This document shows positions 62,711-64,000 of a DNA stretch of 64,000 nt, piece after piece. The position numbers and the translations under genes are program-made. Source of the DNA: Carcharhinus amblyrhynchos (lineage: Eukaryota). Where the stretch lies: contig OZ336878.1 in NCBI GenBank assembly GCA_965287045.1, forward strand, positions 38,936,001 to 39,000,000, written 5' to 3'. Every line of letters begins with the position of its first letter. Position 1 is the first letter of the stretch. The notes under the pieces were generated by a model. The model worked only from the letters and a program-made list of their open reading frames with translations, was not told the DNA's origin and did no database searches.

Positions 62711-63614
62711 TTAAAGTTCTGAATTAAATTTTATCTATTGAACCAGACTAGTCTCACCCAATACTTAATAGAGAAATTCCACTTCCACCAAGTTCCCAAC
62801 TTTTACACTCTATGCTGTTCTCCTTTTAATGACTCCTATTTGTGACCACTCTTTAGTCAATTATTTTGAAAGTTCCATCAATACAGAAATTTTAGAAGCT
62901 CAGGCAAAGGGTTCAGCATTCTCACCCTTTTCAGCTATATAGGGGTGTGAGATGACACCTTGAACAGTTTGATTTCCATTCTTCATCTCATTTCTTTTTC
63001 ATAAACTCTGCTTCAAGTGTGAACTCGTACTGTTCCTTGCAAGTGAAAGGGCATGGATTCTCCACTGAATAGAATTCCAATTCAACTTTCTCCATGTCAG
63101 TACAGTCAGATGAAAAAACAGTGTTAAGCACAGGTGTTCCTGCCACTTTGGTTAGGCCCAGTAAAGGTATGTGATATTTAAGCTCAGTACAGAGTTTTCT
63201 CCATAGACTCAGAACTACCTCGAGTCTCTGGAAAGTTCCTAATTGAATGACCATGGATGAATGAACATACCAAGATGAAACCATTTGTGGAATTCACACC
63301 TCCTATTGTTTGAGAACTTACCCAGAACTCAGTAGACTCACTTGAAATTTGGCAGGAGCTGGTAGGGAAACCAATTCATCATAAGTAGGTTGAATAGGCA
63401 CCATGCATCTCCCATTGTGTAGCAATGGCTTCCAATTTCAAACCATTCTGGGGGAACATTAGAAGTATTGATTAGGTAGTCACATGACTAAAATCAACCA
63501 CAGATAACAAATCTTGTTGCCCCAAGAATCAGGGAGACATCCATCATTCTGCAAACAACACAGTGAGAAACAGCAGCAGCAAAGGTAGCAAAATCTATGC
63601 CATAAGGTTGGAGA

Positions 63615-64000
63615 CTGTAATATTGTATGAAAAGCTGGGAATGGAATTAAAAAGTAGAACCGACAAGGTGGTTATCTCCGGACTACTGCCTGAACTGTGT
63701 GCAGACGGGCGTAGGATTGATAAGATTAAGGAAGTGAATGGGTGGCTCAGGGATTGGTGTGGGAGGAATGGGTTTGAATTTATGGGGCATTGGCACCAGT
63801 ATTGGGGTAGGTGGGACCTGTTCAGGTGGGATGGGGTTGGTCTGAACCGTGCTGGGACCAGAGTCCTGGCGAATCGTGTAGATAGGACTGTAGATAGGGC
63901 TTTAAACTAATTGGGGGGGGGGAGGGTGTGAGGGTAGGTGAAATTTGGGGTCTAAAGTTAAGGAGAGGGTACAGGTAAGAGAAGAGGCCAAGGATGTCCC
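63615..64000 (+). mobile_element. CR1-type LINE ORF1 C-terminus (SGNH esterase-like domain), continuing beyond the window
   Basis: LKSRTDKVVISGLLP...VNGWLRDWCGRNGFEFMGHW...LFRWDGVGLNRAGTRVLA, matching the CR1 ORF1 esterase (DGLHLN-like motif). Confidence 0.85.

Noticed and set aside
63563-63910. 115-aa esterase-like ORF as a host gene
   Set aside because: It matches the CR1 ORF1 SGNH domain; the N-terminal part is fortuitous flanking sequence.
1-64000. CRISPR array, operon or prokaryotic defence system
   Set aside because: The DNA is vertebrate, and no regularly spaced repeat-spacer array or bacterial gene cluster is seen.

Overview
Eukaryotic genomic DNA from a cartilaginous fish (shark-type HE1/V-SINEs and CR1/HER1 LINEs). 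Two host genes lie on the + strand: the last coding exon of FAF1 (3248-3331) and a complete two-exon DMRTA2/dmrt5 CDS (42723-43146 joined to 44533-45404, 431 aa, DM and DMA domains), in the same order and orientation as in mammals. DMRTA2 sits in a ~19 kb (about 31-49.8 kb) AT-rich but CpG-retaining, essentially transposon-free domain with a CTCF-like motif at its right edge. The flanks are packed with decayed CR1, L2 and RTE LINEs, SINEs and TIR MITEs. No novel protein-coding system is evident. The least explained signals are non-coding: (i) a repeat carrying decayed minimal hammerhead-ribozyme motifs, three copies at 5.8-8.2 kb, two of which form the inverted ends of a ~1.3 kb element; (ii) a short fold-back element (two copies, each with a target-site duplication) whose leader is complementary to the tRNA-Ala 3' end. 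Repeat boundaries are by eye and approximate; family names come from recognition, not a database search.
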